From contig CAVXXK010000001.1 in NCBI GenBank assembly GCA_963765675.1, positions 1,760,001 through 1,824,000 of the forward strand: a stretch of DNA of 64,000 bases, given 5' to 3'. Positions 49,916 to 60,059 of the stretch are shown piece after piece. A model generated the notes under the pieces. The model ran no database searches, was not told the origin of the DNA, and was given only the letters and a program-made list of their open reading frames with translations. Position 1 is the stretch's first letter; each line of letters starts with the position of its first letter. The translations under genes and the position numbers were made by a program. Origin of the DNA: an uncultured delta proteobacterium (lineage in GTDB: Bacteria; Desulfobacterota; Binatia; Binatales; Binataceae).

Positions 49916-50419
49916 TCAGCCGCGGAGCAGGCGCTGGAGATTCTCGAGGTCGCGGCGCACTTCGCTCAGCACGCGACGCGTCGGAGCGTCGGAGGGCCGC
50001 GAATCGCTAATGCCGTTGCGCGGCGCAGGAGACGACGCGGCGGTTCGCGATGCCGTGGGCTTGGCGCCCTCGCCGAGCATCAGCGCGTCGATTCCGTGTT
50101 CCTTGATGTGCTTGTTCGCACCCGCGATCGTGAAGCCCTGCTGATGCAGCAGCCGCTTGATCAGTCCCAGCACTTCGAGGTCGCGTGCGTGGTAGAAGCG
50201 ATGACGCGTGCGGGTATGCTTGGGCTTCAGAAACGGGAACTGGGTTTCCCAAAAGCGCAGGACGTAAGTCTCCACCCCGATTCGTTCGGCGGCTTCTCCG
50301 ATCTTGAGGCCGCGCTCGGGAATTTCCGCGGCGCGCGCCGCCGCGATCTTCTTTACTGGCTTGGCCGGCTTCGCCGGTTTGGCGCGTTTGCGTTTTGGCG
50401 TGGGTTTGTTTCGGGTCAT
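49916..50419 (-). CDS. MerR family regulator (ihfA-linked) with Lys/Pro-rich N-terminal tail
   Basis: KIGEAA…YVLRFWETQFP…RFY…GFTIAGA. Confidence 0.9.
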   Translation of the reverse strand: MTRNKPTPKRKRAKPAKPAKPVKKIAAARAAEIPERGLKIGEAAERIGVETYVLRFWETQFPFLKPKHTRTRHRFYHARDLEVLGLIKRLLHQQGFTIAGANKHIKEHGIDALMLGEGAKPTASRTAASSPAPRNGISDSRPSDAPTRRVLSEVRRDLENLQRLLRG

Positions 50420-50709
50420 GGCTTCCCGGACGTGCCGTTGTTCACTCGGTCCTTCAGAACCTGACTCGGCTTGAAGGATAGCACGCGCCGGGAGTCAATT
50501 GTGATAGGGGCGCCGGTTTGAGGATTGCGTCCGCGGCGGGCGTGCTTGTGATTGACGATGAAGGTGCCGAAGCCGGAGATCTTCACCCGCTCGTCGTTGC
50601 GCAGGCCGTCCTTGATAATCGCGAAGACCGCTTCAACGATTTCACAGGCTTCCTTTTTCGAGGAGCCCACCCGCTCGTAGATCAGATCCACGAGGTCGGC
50701 TTTGGTCAT
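50416..50709 (-). CDS. ihfA: Integration host factor alpha
   Basis: MTKADLV…VKISGFGTF…GRNPQTG; position after pheT. Confidence 0.93.
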   Translation of the reverse strand: MTKADLVDLIYERVGSSKKEACEIVEAVFAIIKDGLRNDERVKISGFGTFIVNHKHARRGRNPQTGAPITIDSRRVLSFKPSQVLKDRVNNGTSGKP

Positions 50710-50757
50710 GCCCTGCGGCGTATAGGTCCCCACCCGTTCGCTCGCTACGAGCACGCT

Positions 50758-53172
50758 TTACTGCCGCAACTCCGCCCCCAGCCGCGTCCGTGCCTGCTCG
50801 ACTAATGCAGTATGGACGCGATTAACCTCCGCATCCGTCAGCGTGCGATCCGTTGCCCTGTACAAACAAGCCAGTGCGATACTTTTCCGGCCCGGCGCGA
50901 TCCCCTGTCCCTCGTACACGTCGAACACCTCAACGCTTTCCAGAAGCGCCGAGGTGGTCGAGTCACGCACCGTCCGCGCCACCATCGCGGCCGGGAAGTT
51001 ACGATCGACCACCAGCGCGAGATCGCGGCGAATAGCCGGAAATCGCGGGGGTGGCGCGATCGTTTTACGCGGCGTGAAACCATAAGAAATGAATTTCTCT
51101 AAGTCAAGTTCAAATACCCCGCATGGCGCGCCCAGATCGAGCCGCAGCGCCTCGCGCGGATGCAATTCGCCCACGTAGCCGGCCGTTTCGCCGTCGAGCA
51201 GGATCTCCGCCGATCGGCCAGGATGCAGAAACGGCGCGTGGGTTGGATTGATCGCGCGGAACTCGACGCGCGGGGTCAGGTCCATCGCAGCGAACCAGGC
51301 TTCGAGGATTCCCTTGGACGCGAAAAACCCCGCCTGCAACCCTTTGTCGCCGACCGTCGCGGCCGCATAGGGTCCGTAGCTCACGCCGGCCAGCACCTGT
51401 TGCTCGCGGGTGTAGTCGCCAAGGCGGGCGAAGGTCTTTGCGATCTCGAACGCTCCAAACGCACTTGCCTGCCGATTGAGATTAAAGCGCAGCGCGCCGA
51501 GCAGGCCGGGCAGCAGGCTCAGGCGCAATTCGCCGAGCTCGGCGGAAAGCGGATTTTCCACTCTGACCGCGCTCGCCTCCGGCGTGATTCCGCCGAACAG
51601 GGCGTTATCGGCCGGCGCGATAAACGCAAGCGTCATCCCTTCGGTCAATCCCGCGCCAAGCATCACCTCGCGCGTGCCGGCGATAAACTCGCGCTCGGGA
51701 TTTACAGCCGCAATCGCGGCGACGCGCGGCGGCAGCGCCTCGGGAATATCTTCGAGTCCGCCCAGGCGCGCGACTTCCTCGGCAAGGTCAGCGGCCTCGT
51801 TGATATCGGGCCGCCACGGCGGCGCCGTCACAATAAACTTGCCGCGTCCTGCGGCTTTGACCTCGCATCCGATCGAGACCAGCCGCTTCTTCGCGGTCGC
51901 GGCCGGAATTTCGACCCCGAGCAGCGAGGCCATCGCCGGCAAGTCGAGTGCGATTTCGCGGCGCAGCGCCGCGGCCGGCTCGAGGTCAATAATCGGCGCG
52001 GAGACTTTGCCGCGTGCAACCTCGCGAACGAGTTCGCCCGCGCGGACGGCAGCCGCGGCCTGTCCCGCGCGATCGATCGAACGTGCGAAGCGGTAGCTGG
52101 CCTCGCTGACGAGGCCTAATCGGCGCGAGGTTTTGGCGATCGTGATCGGATCGAAGAATGCGCTTTCGAGCACGATCGCGATCGTGGCTTCACTGACCTC
52201 GGAATTGAGGCCGCCCATCACACCCGCGATCGCAAGCGGCTTTTCCGCGTCGGCGATCAGAAGGTCGTCGGGCGCGAGCGCGCGCGTGACGTTATCGAGG
52301 GTGACGAATTCGCGGTCGGCGCCCGCGCGGCGCACGATTATTCTTCCGCCCGCGATTTTCGCGAGGTCGAACGCGTGCAGCGGCTGCCCGCGCTCGAGCA
52401 TCACGTAGTTGGTCACATCGACGACATTGCTGCGCGGGCGCATCCCGCACAGTTCGAGTCTGCGGCGCATCCGGATCGGCGACGGGCCGATTTTTATTCC
52501 CGACATCGCGAGCGCGGCGTAACGCGGGCACAGGTCCGGCGCCTGGATCTCGACCGCGATCGGGCTCGCGCCGTTGCCGGATATTTTCGGCTGGCGCGTG
52601 CGCGGAATCTCAAGCTTCGCGCCGAACAGCGCGGCTACCTCGCGAGCGAGCCCGACAATCGACAGGCAATCGCCGCGATTCGGCGTGATCTCGACGTCGA
52701 GGACGGTATCGTCCATCGCGAGGTAGCTCGCGAGATCGGTCCCGACAGGCGCATCGGCGGGCAATTCGATTATTCCGGCGTGATCGTTCGACAAACCTAG
52801 CTCGCGCTCGGAACAGATCATTCCATTCGATTCGATACCGCGGATAGTCGCCGCGGTCAGAGGCGGCTCCTTGCCGAGTTGCGCGCCGACCCTCGCAAAC
52901 GCGACCGTGATTCCGCTGCGCGCGTTGGGGGCGCCGCATACGACGGTGAAGCGTCCGCCCTCGCCGGTATCGACCTGGCACAGGCTCAGCCGGTCGGCAT
53001 TAGGATGACGTCCCGCCTCGACCACTTTTGCGATCACAACGCCGTGAAATGCGGGCGCGACTTTTTCGATATTTTCGACCACCAGGCCGGCGACGCTCAG
53101 GCGATCTGCAATCTGCTGCGCGGTCGCATCGACCGCGACGAACTCGCGCAGCCAGCTAAGCGGCAGCTTCAT
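50758..53172 (-). CDS. pheT: Phenylalanine-tRNA ligase beta subunit
   Basis: MKLPLSWLREFV, HPNADRL, VCGAPN, ITPNRGDC, FDX-ACB C-terminus. Confidence 0.97.
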   Translation of the reverse strand: MKLPLSWLREFVAVDATAQQIADRLSVAGLVVENIEKVAPAFHGVVIAKVVEAGRHPNADRLSLCQVDTGEGGRFTVVCGAPNARSGITVAFARVGAQLGKEPPLTAATIRGIESNGMICSERELGLSNDHAGIIELPADAPVGTDLASYLAMDDTVLDVEITPNRGDCLSIVGLAREVAALFGAKLEIPRTRQPKISGNGASPIAVEIQAPDLCPRYAALAMSGIKIGPSPIRMRRRLELCGMRPRSNVVDVTNYVMLERGQPLHAFDLAKIAGGRIIVRRAGADREFVTLDNVTRALAPDDLLIADAEKPLAIAGVMGGLNSEVSEATIAIVLESAFFDPITIAKTSRRLGLVSEASYRFARSIDRAGQAAAAVRAGELVREVARGKVSAPIIDLEPAAALRREIALDLPAMASLLGVEIPAATAKKRLVSIGCEVKAAGRGKFIVTAPPWRPDINEAADLAEEVARLGGLEDIPEALPPRVAAIAAVNPEREFIAGTREVMLGAGLTEGMTLAFIAPADNALFGGITPEASAVRVENPLSAELGELRLSLLPGLLGALRFNLNRQASAFGAFEIAKTFARLGDYTREQQVLAGVSYGPYAAATVGDKGLQAGFFASKGILEAWFAAMDLTPRVEFRAINPTHAPFLHPGRSAEILLDGETAGYVGELHPREALRLDLGAPCGVFELDLEKFISYGFTPRKTIAPPPRFPAIRRDLALVVDRNFPAAMVARTVRDSTTSALLESVEVFDVYEGQGIAPGRKSIALACLYRATDRTLTDAEVNRVHTALVEQARTRLGAELRQ

Positions 53173-54218
53173 CGCATACCTCCGCTGACCGAAGGAAACT
53201 GCGCAAGAAAACGAAGATCGTTTTCGAAGAACAGGCGCATATCGTCTATTCCGAGCGCCATCAATCCGGTGCGTTCGACGCCCATCCCGAACGCGAAGCC
53301 ACCGTATTCTTCGGGGTCGAGATTGACCGCGCGCAGCACGTTGGGATGAATCATTCCGCAGCCCAGGACTTCCGTCCATCCGCTATGCTTGCACACGGGG
53401 CATCCGGCGCCCGCGCATAACAGGCAATGGATGTCGAGCTCGGCGCTGGGTTCGGTGAACGGAAAGAAGCTCGCGCGGAAACGGACTTTCGTGGCGGGTC
53501 CGAAGAATGCGCGCGCGAATTCGGCGAGTACGCCCTTCAAATGCGCCATCGTGATTCGCCCGCGCCGATCAACCATGAAGCCCTCGATCTGGGTGAACAT
53601 CGGAGCCGCGCGCACGCTCAGATCGTCGCGCCGGTAGCATCGCCCGGGGCATACCACGGCCAGCGGAGGGCGGCGGCGTTCCAGCACTCGTATCTGGCCG
53701 TTGCTGGTATGCGTGCGCAGGAGCATCGCGCCCGGCACGAAGAAGGTGTCCTGCATTTCGCGCGCGGGATGATTGGGCGGAAAATTCAACGCCGCGAAAT
53801 TGTGGAAGTCGTCCTCGATATCCTGCGTGGTCTCGACCTCGAAGCCCATCGCGATCAGAATCGAGAGCATCCGCTCGAGGATCTGCGTCACCGGATGAAT
53901 CCGTCCCCGCGGAATCTTGGCGCCGGGGAGAGTCACGTCGAGCGCGGCCTCGCCGAGCGAGCGTTCGAGTGCGAGCTCCTGATGGCGGGATTGCAGAGCC
54001 TCGATCCGGCTCTCGAGCTCGCGCTTGATCTCGTTGACGAGCTGGCCCAGCAGCGGACGCTCGCTCTGCGGGACGTCGCGCATCCCGCGCATGATCTCGG
54101 TCAACTCTCCGGCGCGGCCGAGCACGCGCACCCGGACGGCTTCGATCGCGGCGGCGGGAGCGTCGTCGGACAGCTCCGCCATCGCGCGTCGCCTGATTTC
54201 TTCCAGTTGTTCTTTCAT
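53169..54218 (-). CDS. pheS: Phenylalanine-tRNA ligase alpha subunit
   Basis: HPAREMQDTF, LLRTHTS, FFPFTEPS, FAFGMGVER. Confidence 0.97.
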   Translation of the reverse strand: MKEQLEEIRRRAMAELSDDAPAAAIEAVRVRVLGRAGELTEIMRGMRDVPQSERPLLGQLVNEIKRELESRIEALQSRHQELALERSLGEAALDVTLPGAKIPRGRIHPVTQILERMLSILIAMGFEVETTQDIEDDFHNFAALNFPPNHPAREMQDTFFVPGAMLLRTHTSNGQIRVLERRRPPLAVVCPGRCYRRDDLSVRAAPMFTQIEGFMVDRRGRITMAHLKGVLAEFARAFFGPATKVRFRASFFPFTEPSAELDIHCLLCAGAGCPVCKHSGWTEVLGCGMIHPNVLRAVNLDPEEYGGFAFGMGVERTGLMALGIDDMRLFFENDLRFLAQFPSVSGGMR

Positions 54219-54260
54219 CAGCGATTCTCCCGGATTGTACGCGGATAGACGCCGTGCCGG

Positions 54261-54297
54261 AAAACAAAAGACCATGTGGCAACCCACATGGTCTCTT
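54261..54297 (-). terminator. Rho-independent terminator after rplT
   Basis: Minus strand AGACCATGTGG-GTTG-CCACATGGTCT-TTTGTTTT. Confidence 0.8.
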
Positions 54298-54324
54298 GGT
54301 GCGCGGCGCCAAACGGGCGCGGCT

Positions 54325-54687
54325 TCAGGCAGCTAGGCCGAGCGCGTCCTTGGCGGTGCGCACCAGCTCGGTAAACAAGCCGTCGCGCTCCTTGGCAAGC
54401 AGGGCAAGCTGCTTGCGATCGACCTCGACACCGGCCTTTTTGAGTCCCGCGATAAATTTGCTGTAGGAGATGCCGTGCTCGCGCGTGAGCGCATTGATGC
54501 GCTGGATCCACAGCGCGCGGAAATCGCGCTTCTTCTGCTTGCGATCGCGATAGGCGTAGGTGAGGCCCTTCTCGAAAGTGTTGCGGGCCTGACGGTACAG
54601 TTTGCGCCCGCCGACGAATCCGGAGGCGAGCTTGAGCTGGCGTTTATGTCGGCGGCGGGTTTTGGGTCCGCCCTTTGCGCGAGGCAT
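54325..54687 (-). CDS. rplT: 50S ribosomal protein L20
   Basis: YAYRDRKQKKRDFRALWIQRINA. Confidence 0.97.
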   Translation of the reverse strand: MPRAKGGPKTRRRHKRQLKLASGFVGGRKLYRQARNTFEKGLTYAYRDRKQKKRDFRALWIQRINALTREHGISYSKFIAGLKKAGVEVDRKQLALLAKERDGLFTELVRTAKDALGLAA

Positions 54688-54752
54688 CTGCGGTCAATCC
54701 TTCTAGACGGTGGCTTTTTGGGTTCGTTTGATCCTGCGATGTTTGCGGCAGG

Positions 54753-54950
54753 CTAGGCGTTGGGCATCAGGCGCTTGACGGCCTCGCCCTCGGTCTTCCT
54801 CAGGATGCCGGGTTTGCGCAGGCCGCGTTTGCGGTTGCGATTTTTGGCCCACGCGTGATGGCGCGAGTAGGCCTTCTTGTACTTCACCTTGCCGCCCTTG
54901 GTCACGCGGAAACGCTTGGCGGCGGCGCGATTGGTCTTCAGCTTCGGCAT
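54753..54950 (-). CDS. rpmI: 50S ribosomal protein L35
   Basis: MPKLKTNRAAAKRF. Confidence 0.97.
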   Translation of the reverse strand: MPKLKTNRAAAKRFRVTKGGKVKYKKAYSRHHAWAKNRNRKRGLRKPGILRKTEGEAVKRLMPNA

Positions 54951-54979
54951 CGGTTTCGCTCTTGTTGATCGAAGATAGT

Positions 54980-55516
54980 CTATCGCGGGGTCAGCAAGAT
55001 AGACATGTTGCGCCCTTCCATCCGGGTTCCCCCGTCCGGCTGCGCGACATCGGTTACATCCAAAACGATACGGTCCAGTAGCGCCCGCCCCAATTCCGGA
55101 TGGGTAATCTCGCGTCCGCGAAACGAAACCGAGAGCTTAACACGCTGGCCTTCACCAATAAAGCGCCGGATGTGATTGATCTTGAAGGCGACGTCGTGAG
55201 CGCCGGTGCGCGCGCCCATCTTTACTTCCTTGATCGAGGTCGCAGTCGCGTGGCGCTTGGAGTCATGCTGTTTCTTCTTGAGCGAGTAGCGGTACTTGTC
55301 GAAGTCGGTGATACGGCAGACCGGCGGCTTGGCCGTGGACGACACCTCGACCAGGTCCAGGCCCTTGCCCTCGGCGATACGAATCGCCTCGCGCACCGGC
55401 AGGACGCCGATCTGCGCGCCGTCGGAATCGATCACGCGGACTTCGAGAGCGCGGATTAGCTGGTTGACGCGAATCGCGGGCTCTCTCGATGGGGGAGTTC
55501 TGAAATCTCGGCGAAT
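54980..55516 (-). CDS. infC: Translation initiation factor IF-3, ATT start
   Basis: IRVNQLIRALEVRVID…LDLVEV…PPVCRI; in-frame ATT at 55516 lies 5 nt after GGAGGAGGT. Confidence 0.93.
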   Translation of the reverse strand: MRRDFRTPPSREPAIRVNQLIRALEVRVIDSDGAQIGVLPVREAIRIAEGKGLDLVEVSSTAKPPVCRITDFDKYRYSLKKKQHDSKRHATATSIKEVKMGARTGAHDVAFKINHIRRFIGEGQRVKLSVSFRGREITHPELGRALLDRIVLDVTDVAQPDGGTRMEGRNMSILLTPR

Positions 55517-55569
55517 ATGGCACCTCCTCCGGCGCGGCGGCCGGAATTTTGTTTATGCTCTGCGCGCGC

Positions 55570-57525
55570 TCAGGCGGGCAGCGGCTCCTTGCGCATCGTC
55601 TTTAGCAAATCATCGATCGACAGGGGCTGGCTCTTCGAGCCTCGCAGCAGCCGCAGCGACACCGTGCGCTCTGCCGCCTCGCGCTCGCCCACGACGATCA
55701 TATACGGCACCTTGGCGAGCTCGGCTTCGCGAACCTTGAAGCCGAGCTTCTCGTTGCGAATATCGGGCTCGGCGCGAAAGCCCGCGCGGCGCACGAGGTC
55801 CGAAACCTCGCGTGCGTAATCCTCGACCTTTTCGCTGAGCGAGAGCACTCGCGCCTGCTCCGGCGCGAGCCAGAATGGCAGGACGCCGCCGGTATGCTCG
55901 ATCAGCACGGCGATAAAGCGTTCGAGCGAACCCAAAATCGCGCGATGAATCATCACCGGACGCTCCTCCGCGCCGGCGCTCGAAGTGTAGGTCAGGTCGA
56001 AGCGCTCGGGCAGGTTGTAGTCGAGCTGGATCGTGGCGACCTGCCATTTGCGCTTGAGCGCGTCGGGCACGTAAATCTCGATCTTCGGGCCGTAGAACGC
56101 GCCCTCGCCCGGATTGATCTCGAACGCGATCTCGTTGCGCTCCATCGCCTTGGCGAGCTTGCCCTCGGTCATTCGCCATTGCTCTTCGGTGCCCATGTGC
56201 GGCTCGGGCATGGTGGCGAGCTTGAACTCAGGGCGCTCGAAACCGAGCGTCGCGTACACCTCGCGCACCATCTTGAGGTTCGCCGTGACTTCGTCTTCGA
56301 TCTGCTCCTCGGTGCAGAAGATATGCGCGTCGTCCTGCGACATCGCGCGCACCCGCGTCAGACCGTGCAGCGTGCCGGAACGCTCAGCACGATGCAGCCG
56401 TGAGAACTCGGCGAAACGCAACGGCAGGTCGCGATAGGAACGTTTCTCCGCGCGGTAGATGAAGGTATGCCCGGGGCAGTTCATCGGCTTCACGCCGTAA
56501 CCGTGATGCCATCCCTCGCGGCCGGTGTCGATTTTTGCCTCGGGCGCTTCGGGGTCCAGCGTCAGGAACATGTTCTCGCGAAAATTGTCCCAGTGACCCG
56601 AGGTATGGAACATCTCGTTTTTGAACACCAGCGGCGTGACAACTTCCTGGTATCCGTAGCGGCGGTAGAGCCGGCGCATGTAGTCGATCAGCTCGTTGAA
56701 GATCACGAGGCCCTTGGGCAGATAGAACGGGCATCCGGGCGAGATCGGATCAAAGAAAAACAAACCCATCTCGCGGCCGAGCTTGCGATGGTCACGCTGG
56801 CGGGCGAGTTCGAGCAGCGCCAGGTGCTCCTCGAGCGCTTCCTTGCTGGCGAACGCAGTCCCGTAGATCCGCGAGAGCATCGCGTTGTGCTCGTCACCGC
56901 GCCAGTACGCGCCGGCGACGCTCTGGAGCTTGAACGCGCGCAGGTAGCGCGTCGAGGGGACGTGCGGCCCGCGGCACAGATCCATCCAGTCGCCTTGCTT
57001 GTAGATCGAGATCGGATCGGAGACACCCTTGATAATCTCGACCTTGTACGCCTCGCCCATCGCGTCGAAGGTTTTGATCGCCTCGGCGCGCGGAACGTCG
57101 ATCCGCTCGATCTTGAGATCGGCCTTGGCGAGTTCCTTCATCTTGGCTTCGATTTTCGGCAGATCATCCACCGTGAACGGCGTAGGCGGCGCGAAGTCGT
57201 AGAAGAAGCCGTCTTCGATGACAGGGCCGATCGTGACCTGCGTGCCGGGAAAGAGCTGCTGCACCGCCATCGCCATCAGATGCGCGGTCGAATGGCGGAT
57301 CACGTCGAGACCCTCGGGCGAGTCGGCGAAGATGGGTTCGATTTCCAGTATTGGAACGCTATCAGCGAGATCGCCGAGAGTGCGCGTCAGGTCGACAACC
57401 TTGCCCGCGACTTTCGCGGCGACCAGGTCCTTGCTGGGGACTCCTGCCAGAGCCTCGCGCACACGCGCCTCGCGCGCGACGACACGGCGCTCGCCACCGA
57501 CCAAAACGGTAATCTCGGAACTCAT
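55570..57525 (-). CDS. thrS: Threonine-tRNA ligase
   Basis: RHSTAHL, DLCRGPH, RDHRKLG, KPMNCP, HRAILGSLERF. Confidence 0.97.
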   Translation of the reverse strand: MSSEITVLVGGERRVVAREARVREALAGVPSKDLVAAKVAGKVVDLTRTLGDLADSVPILEIEPIFADSPEGLDVIRHSTAHLMAMAVQQLFPGTQVTIGPVIEDGFFYDFAPPTPFTVDDLPKIEAKMKELAKADLKIERIDVPRAEAIKTFDAMGEAYKVEIIKGVSDPISIYKQGDWMDLCRGPHVPSTRYLRAFKLQSVAGAYWRGDEHNAMLSRIYGTAFASKEALEEHLALLELARQRDHRKLGREMGLFFFDPISPGCPFYLPKGLVIFNELIDYMRRLYRRYGYQEVVTPLVFKNEMFHTSGHWDNFRENMFLTLDPEAPEAKIDTGREGWHHGYGVKPMNCPGHTFIYRAEKRSYRDLPLRFAEFSRLHRAERSGTLHGLTRVRAMSQDDAHIFCTEEQIEDEVTANLKMVREVYATLGFERPEFKLATMPEPHMGTEEQWRMTEGKLAKAMERNEIAFEINPGEGAFYGPKIEIYVPDALKRKWQVATIQLDYNLPERFDLTYTSSAGAEERPVMIHRAILGSLERFIAVLIEHTGGVLPFWLAPEQARVLSLSEKVEDYAREVSDLVRRAGFRAEPDIRNEKLGFKVREAELAKVPYMIVVGEREAAERTVSLRLLRGSKSQPLSIDDLLKTMRKEPLPA

Positions 57526-57611
57526 CTATGAAGAAAGTTTAGTCATTGGCGAGCGCGATGCGAGCGTAAATCGGGCAGCGGTTGGCGATCGGAGACAAAC
57601 AGAAGACACGG

Positions 57612-57686
57612 TGGTAGGCATGGGCGGGATTGAACCGCCGACCTCTTCCGTGTCAAGGAAGCGCTCTCCCACTGAGCTACATGCCT
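57612..57686 (-). tRNA. tRNA-Val (GAC)
   Basis: AGGCATGTAGCTCAGTGGGAGAGCGCTTCCTT-GAC-ACGGAAGAGGTCGGCGGTTCAATCCCGCCCATGCCTACCA cloverleaf with encoded CCA. Confidence 0.96.
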
Positions 57687-57828
57687 GTGTGTTGCAGGTA
57701 AGAATTGGTTGTAGATGGATTCGTGCAAGCAAAGCCAAGGGGTAACAGAGATTGCCGCGTCGGGCAACCGAGGAATCGAACAAGTAGCGGGTTCGTTTGA
57801 GATTTGCACCGTTAGCGATGTCGCGACC

Positions 57829-58138
57829 TGTCATTCCCGAGCGCGTGGCTGCCGCGATCGAGAGCCTGTCCTGAGCAACGCCGAAGGAAATCCCGAGCGA
57901 AAGTCTCGCTACACGTGGACGTAGCTCGGAGCACGGCCGCCTCGGGATTTCTCCCTTCGGTCGAAATGACGGATGTGGGCTCGGCTCAGACCACGATACT
58001 GATGTGCCAAGCCCTCAATCGTCATTCCGAGCCAGGGGCGAGGAATCCCGGGGCGTCCGTGCTCCAAGGGCACGCGTATGCAGTGCCCCCTCGTACAGGA
58101 TTCCTCGAGCGCGGCAGCCACGCGCGCGGGAATTACAC
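57829..58138. repeat. Composite GTCAT-type REP mosaic, long form
   Basis: Same outer and inner arms as 21358-21713, plus a CCTGTCCTGAGC…GAAGG module. Confidence 0.85.
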
Positions 58139-58214
58139 CACGCGGCCTAGCGCTTTCAATTCTCAAATCGCCCCATCCGCCATCAGGCGCGCGTGCCGGC
58201 GTTAGTCGTTGCCT

Positions 58215-58514
58215 CTACTTTTTCTTGAGACGCGGGTCGCCGGTGGAGACGCACTGTCCATTTCGCAGCGCCTCCGCTTGAGAATTGCGATCGGCGTCAG
58301 CCCGGTGCCATGGACCGGTCGGCGCGGGATTGTCTTCCTTAAGTTGGGCGCGTTGTTTTTCGCATTCCTCCTTGGTGTCGAAAGTGCCCTGTATGTCCCA
58401 TATCGACAGAGAAAGGTGCGGATCGATCGAGATACCCAGACCGGATTCAGTTACGGGCGGCGTGATCAGATAAAAGCCCACCAGCACAAGTGCGGCCGCA
58501 TGACTGATCTTCAT
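58215..58514 (-). CDS. Small hypothetical secreted protein
   Basis: Signal-like N-terminus; two Cys (FDTKEEC … CVSTGDPRLK). Confidence 0.65.
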   Translation of the reverse strand: MKISHAAALVLVGFYLITPPVTESGLGISIDPHLSLSIWDIQGTFDTKEECEKQRAQLKEDNPAPTGPWHRADADRNSQAEALRNGQCVSTGDPRLKKK

Positions 58515-58526
58515 CGCTCAGCTATC

Positions 58527-59054
58527 TCAGCGCGACGGACGGGGTTTGCGCAGGACCATGCCGGGTTTGCTCGCGGCGCTTAGGGCTTCGCCGACCGGCT
58601 GGTAGCCCGCGCCGGTCCAGAACTGATGCGCCAGCACCGTGTCGCGATGCACGAAGACGCGGATTTCCTTCCATCCAGCGGAGAACAGCTCATGCTCGAT
58701 CGCCGCGACGACTTCGCTGCCGAGGCCGGCGCCCTGGCGGTCGCCCTGGATCATCATCAGGGCAATCCAGTTGATCCGGTCCGACGGAATTGGCGCGATC
58801 AACTCGACCGTGCCGACAATCTGGCCGGTCGCGCGCTCGCGGACGGTGTACTCATGTGACTCGAGGTCGGGAAAGCGCGGATTAGGATCGTCGGCGAGAT
58901 AGTTTTCCAGGTCGGCCGCCGCCCAGATTACGCGCTCGCCCGATGCGCGATGAAACTCCGGATTGGAGTTAAACAGCGCGACCAGTCCGTCGATCGTCGC
59001 GCGGTCATCGGCATGAGCTTCCTCGATCAGCAGGCGTTCGGTTTCGATCCGCAT
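58527..59054 (-). CDS. GNAT family N-acetyltransferase
   Basis: IETERLLI, RQGAGLG acetyl-CoA motif, AHQFW…GY. Confidence 0.85.
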   Translation of the reverse strand: MRIETERLLIEEAHADDRATIDGLVALFNSNPEFHRASGERVIWAAADLENYLADDPNPRFPDLESHEYTVRERATGQIVGTVELIAPIPSDRINWIALMMIQGDRQGAGLGSEVVAAIEHELFSAGWKEIRVFVHRDTVLAHQFWTGAGYQPVGEALSAASKPGMVLRKPRPSR

Positions 59055-59236
59055 TGGGCAAACTCAACTTATCATACTCTTTTTCGCGACGATGCGCGCG
59101 TCAGCGTTCCCAGCCGTCGGCGCGTCGATACGATCGCAATGCTCGGGAAGAAAAATTCATCTCGCGATCGATCGTCTGCTGGTATAGTTAAGTTCACCTT
59201 GCGGTAGGATATCTTGCCGGTTTGTTGTGGAAGCCA

Positions 59237-60055
59237 ATGGATCTGAACACGATTGAAGAGATTGCGCGCCCTGATGGTTCGAGCGGCCCGATCGATTGGC
59301 GCGAAGGCGACGCGTGGCTGGCCGGTGGAACGTGGCTCTTCTCGGAGCCGCAACCGTATCTGCGCCGCCTGATCGATCTGCAAGGTCTCGGATGGAAACC
59401 GCTAGGGATAAGCGCCAACGGTCTCGAGATTGGCGCGACCTGCACAATTGCGGAGCTGTTCGCGCTTAAGGCGCCGGCAGAGTGGACGGCGGCGCCAGTC
59501 ATTGATCAATGCTGCCGCTCGTTTCTTTCTTCCTTCAAAATCTGGAATACCGCGACGGTGGGCGGAAACATCTGCATGTCGCTGCCTGCCGGACCGATGA
59601 TTTCGATGGCGGCCGCTCTGGAAGCCATCTGCACGATCCAGAAGCCGGAAGGCGGCGAGCGCAAAATCGCGATCGAAGATTTCGTCACTGGCAATCATCG
59701 CAACGTTCTGCGCCCCGGCGAGCTGCTGCGACGCATCGATCTGCCGGCCGCGGCGTTGCGCAAACGATTCGCCTTTCGCCGGATTTCTCTGACTCATCTG
59801 GGCCGCTCGGCGGCGCTGCTGGTCGGGACTCTCGGTCCGGACGACGGCGTCTTCATGCTGACCGTGTCCGCGTCGACGGAGCGGCCGCTACGAATCAGGT
59901 TCGACAAGATTCCCGATCAAAAAGAGCTGGGGACCAGGCTGGAAAAAGAGATTCCGGTCTTCTTCGACGACGTGCATGGCGCGCCCGATTATCGCAAGCA
60001 CATGACCTTCCATTTCGCGGAGGAAATCCGATGCGAGCTGGGAGGACGCAAGTAA
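59237..60055 (+). CDS. Xanthine dehydrogenase family FAD-binding subunit
   Basis: WLAGGTWLFSEP, IWNTATVGGNIC. Confidence 0.9.
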   Translation: MDLNTIEEIARPDGSSGPIDWREGDAWLAGGTWLFSEPQPYLRRLIDLQGLGWKPLGISANGLEIGATCTIAELFALKAPAEWTAAPVIDQCCRSFLSSFKIWNTATVGGNICMSLPAGPMISMAAALEAICTIQKPEGGERKIAIEDFVTGNHRNVLRPGELLRRIDLPAAALRKRFAFRRISLTHLGRSAALLVGTLGPDDGVFMLTVSASTERPLRIRFDKIPDQKELGTRLEKEIPVFFDDVHGAPDYRKHMTFHFAEEIRCELGGRK

Positions 60056-60059
60056 CCGA

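Noticed and set aside
54219-54324. pheM-type attenuator upstream of pheS
   Set aside because: No Phe-rich leader peptide found; the hairpin is explained as the rplT terminator
57526-57700. Genomic island integrated at tRNA-Val
   Set aside because: The tRNA 3' end leads straight to thrS; no integrase or duplicated att seen
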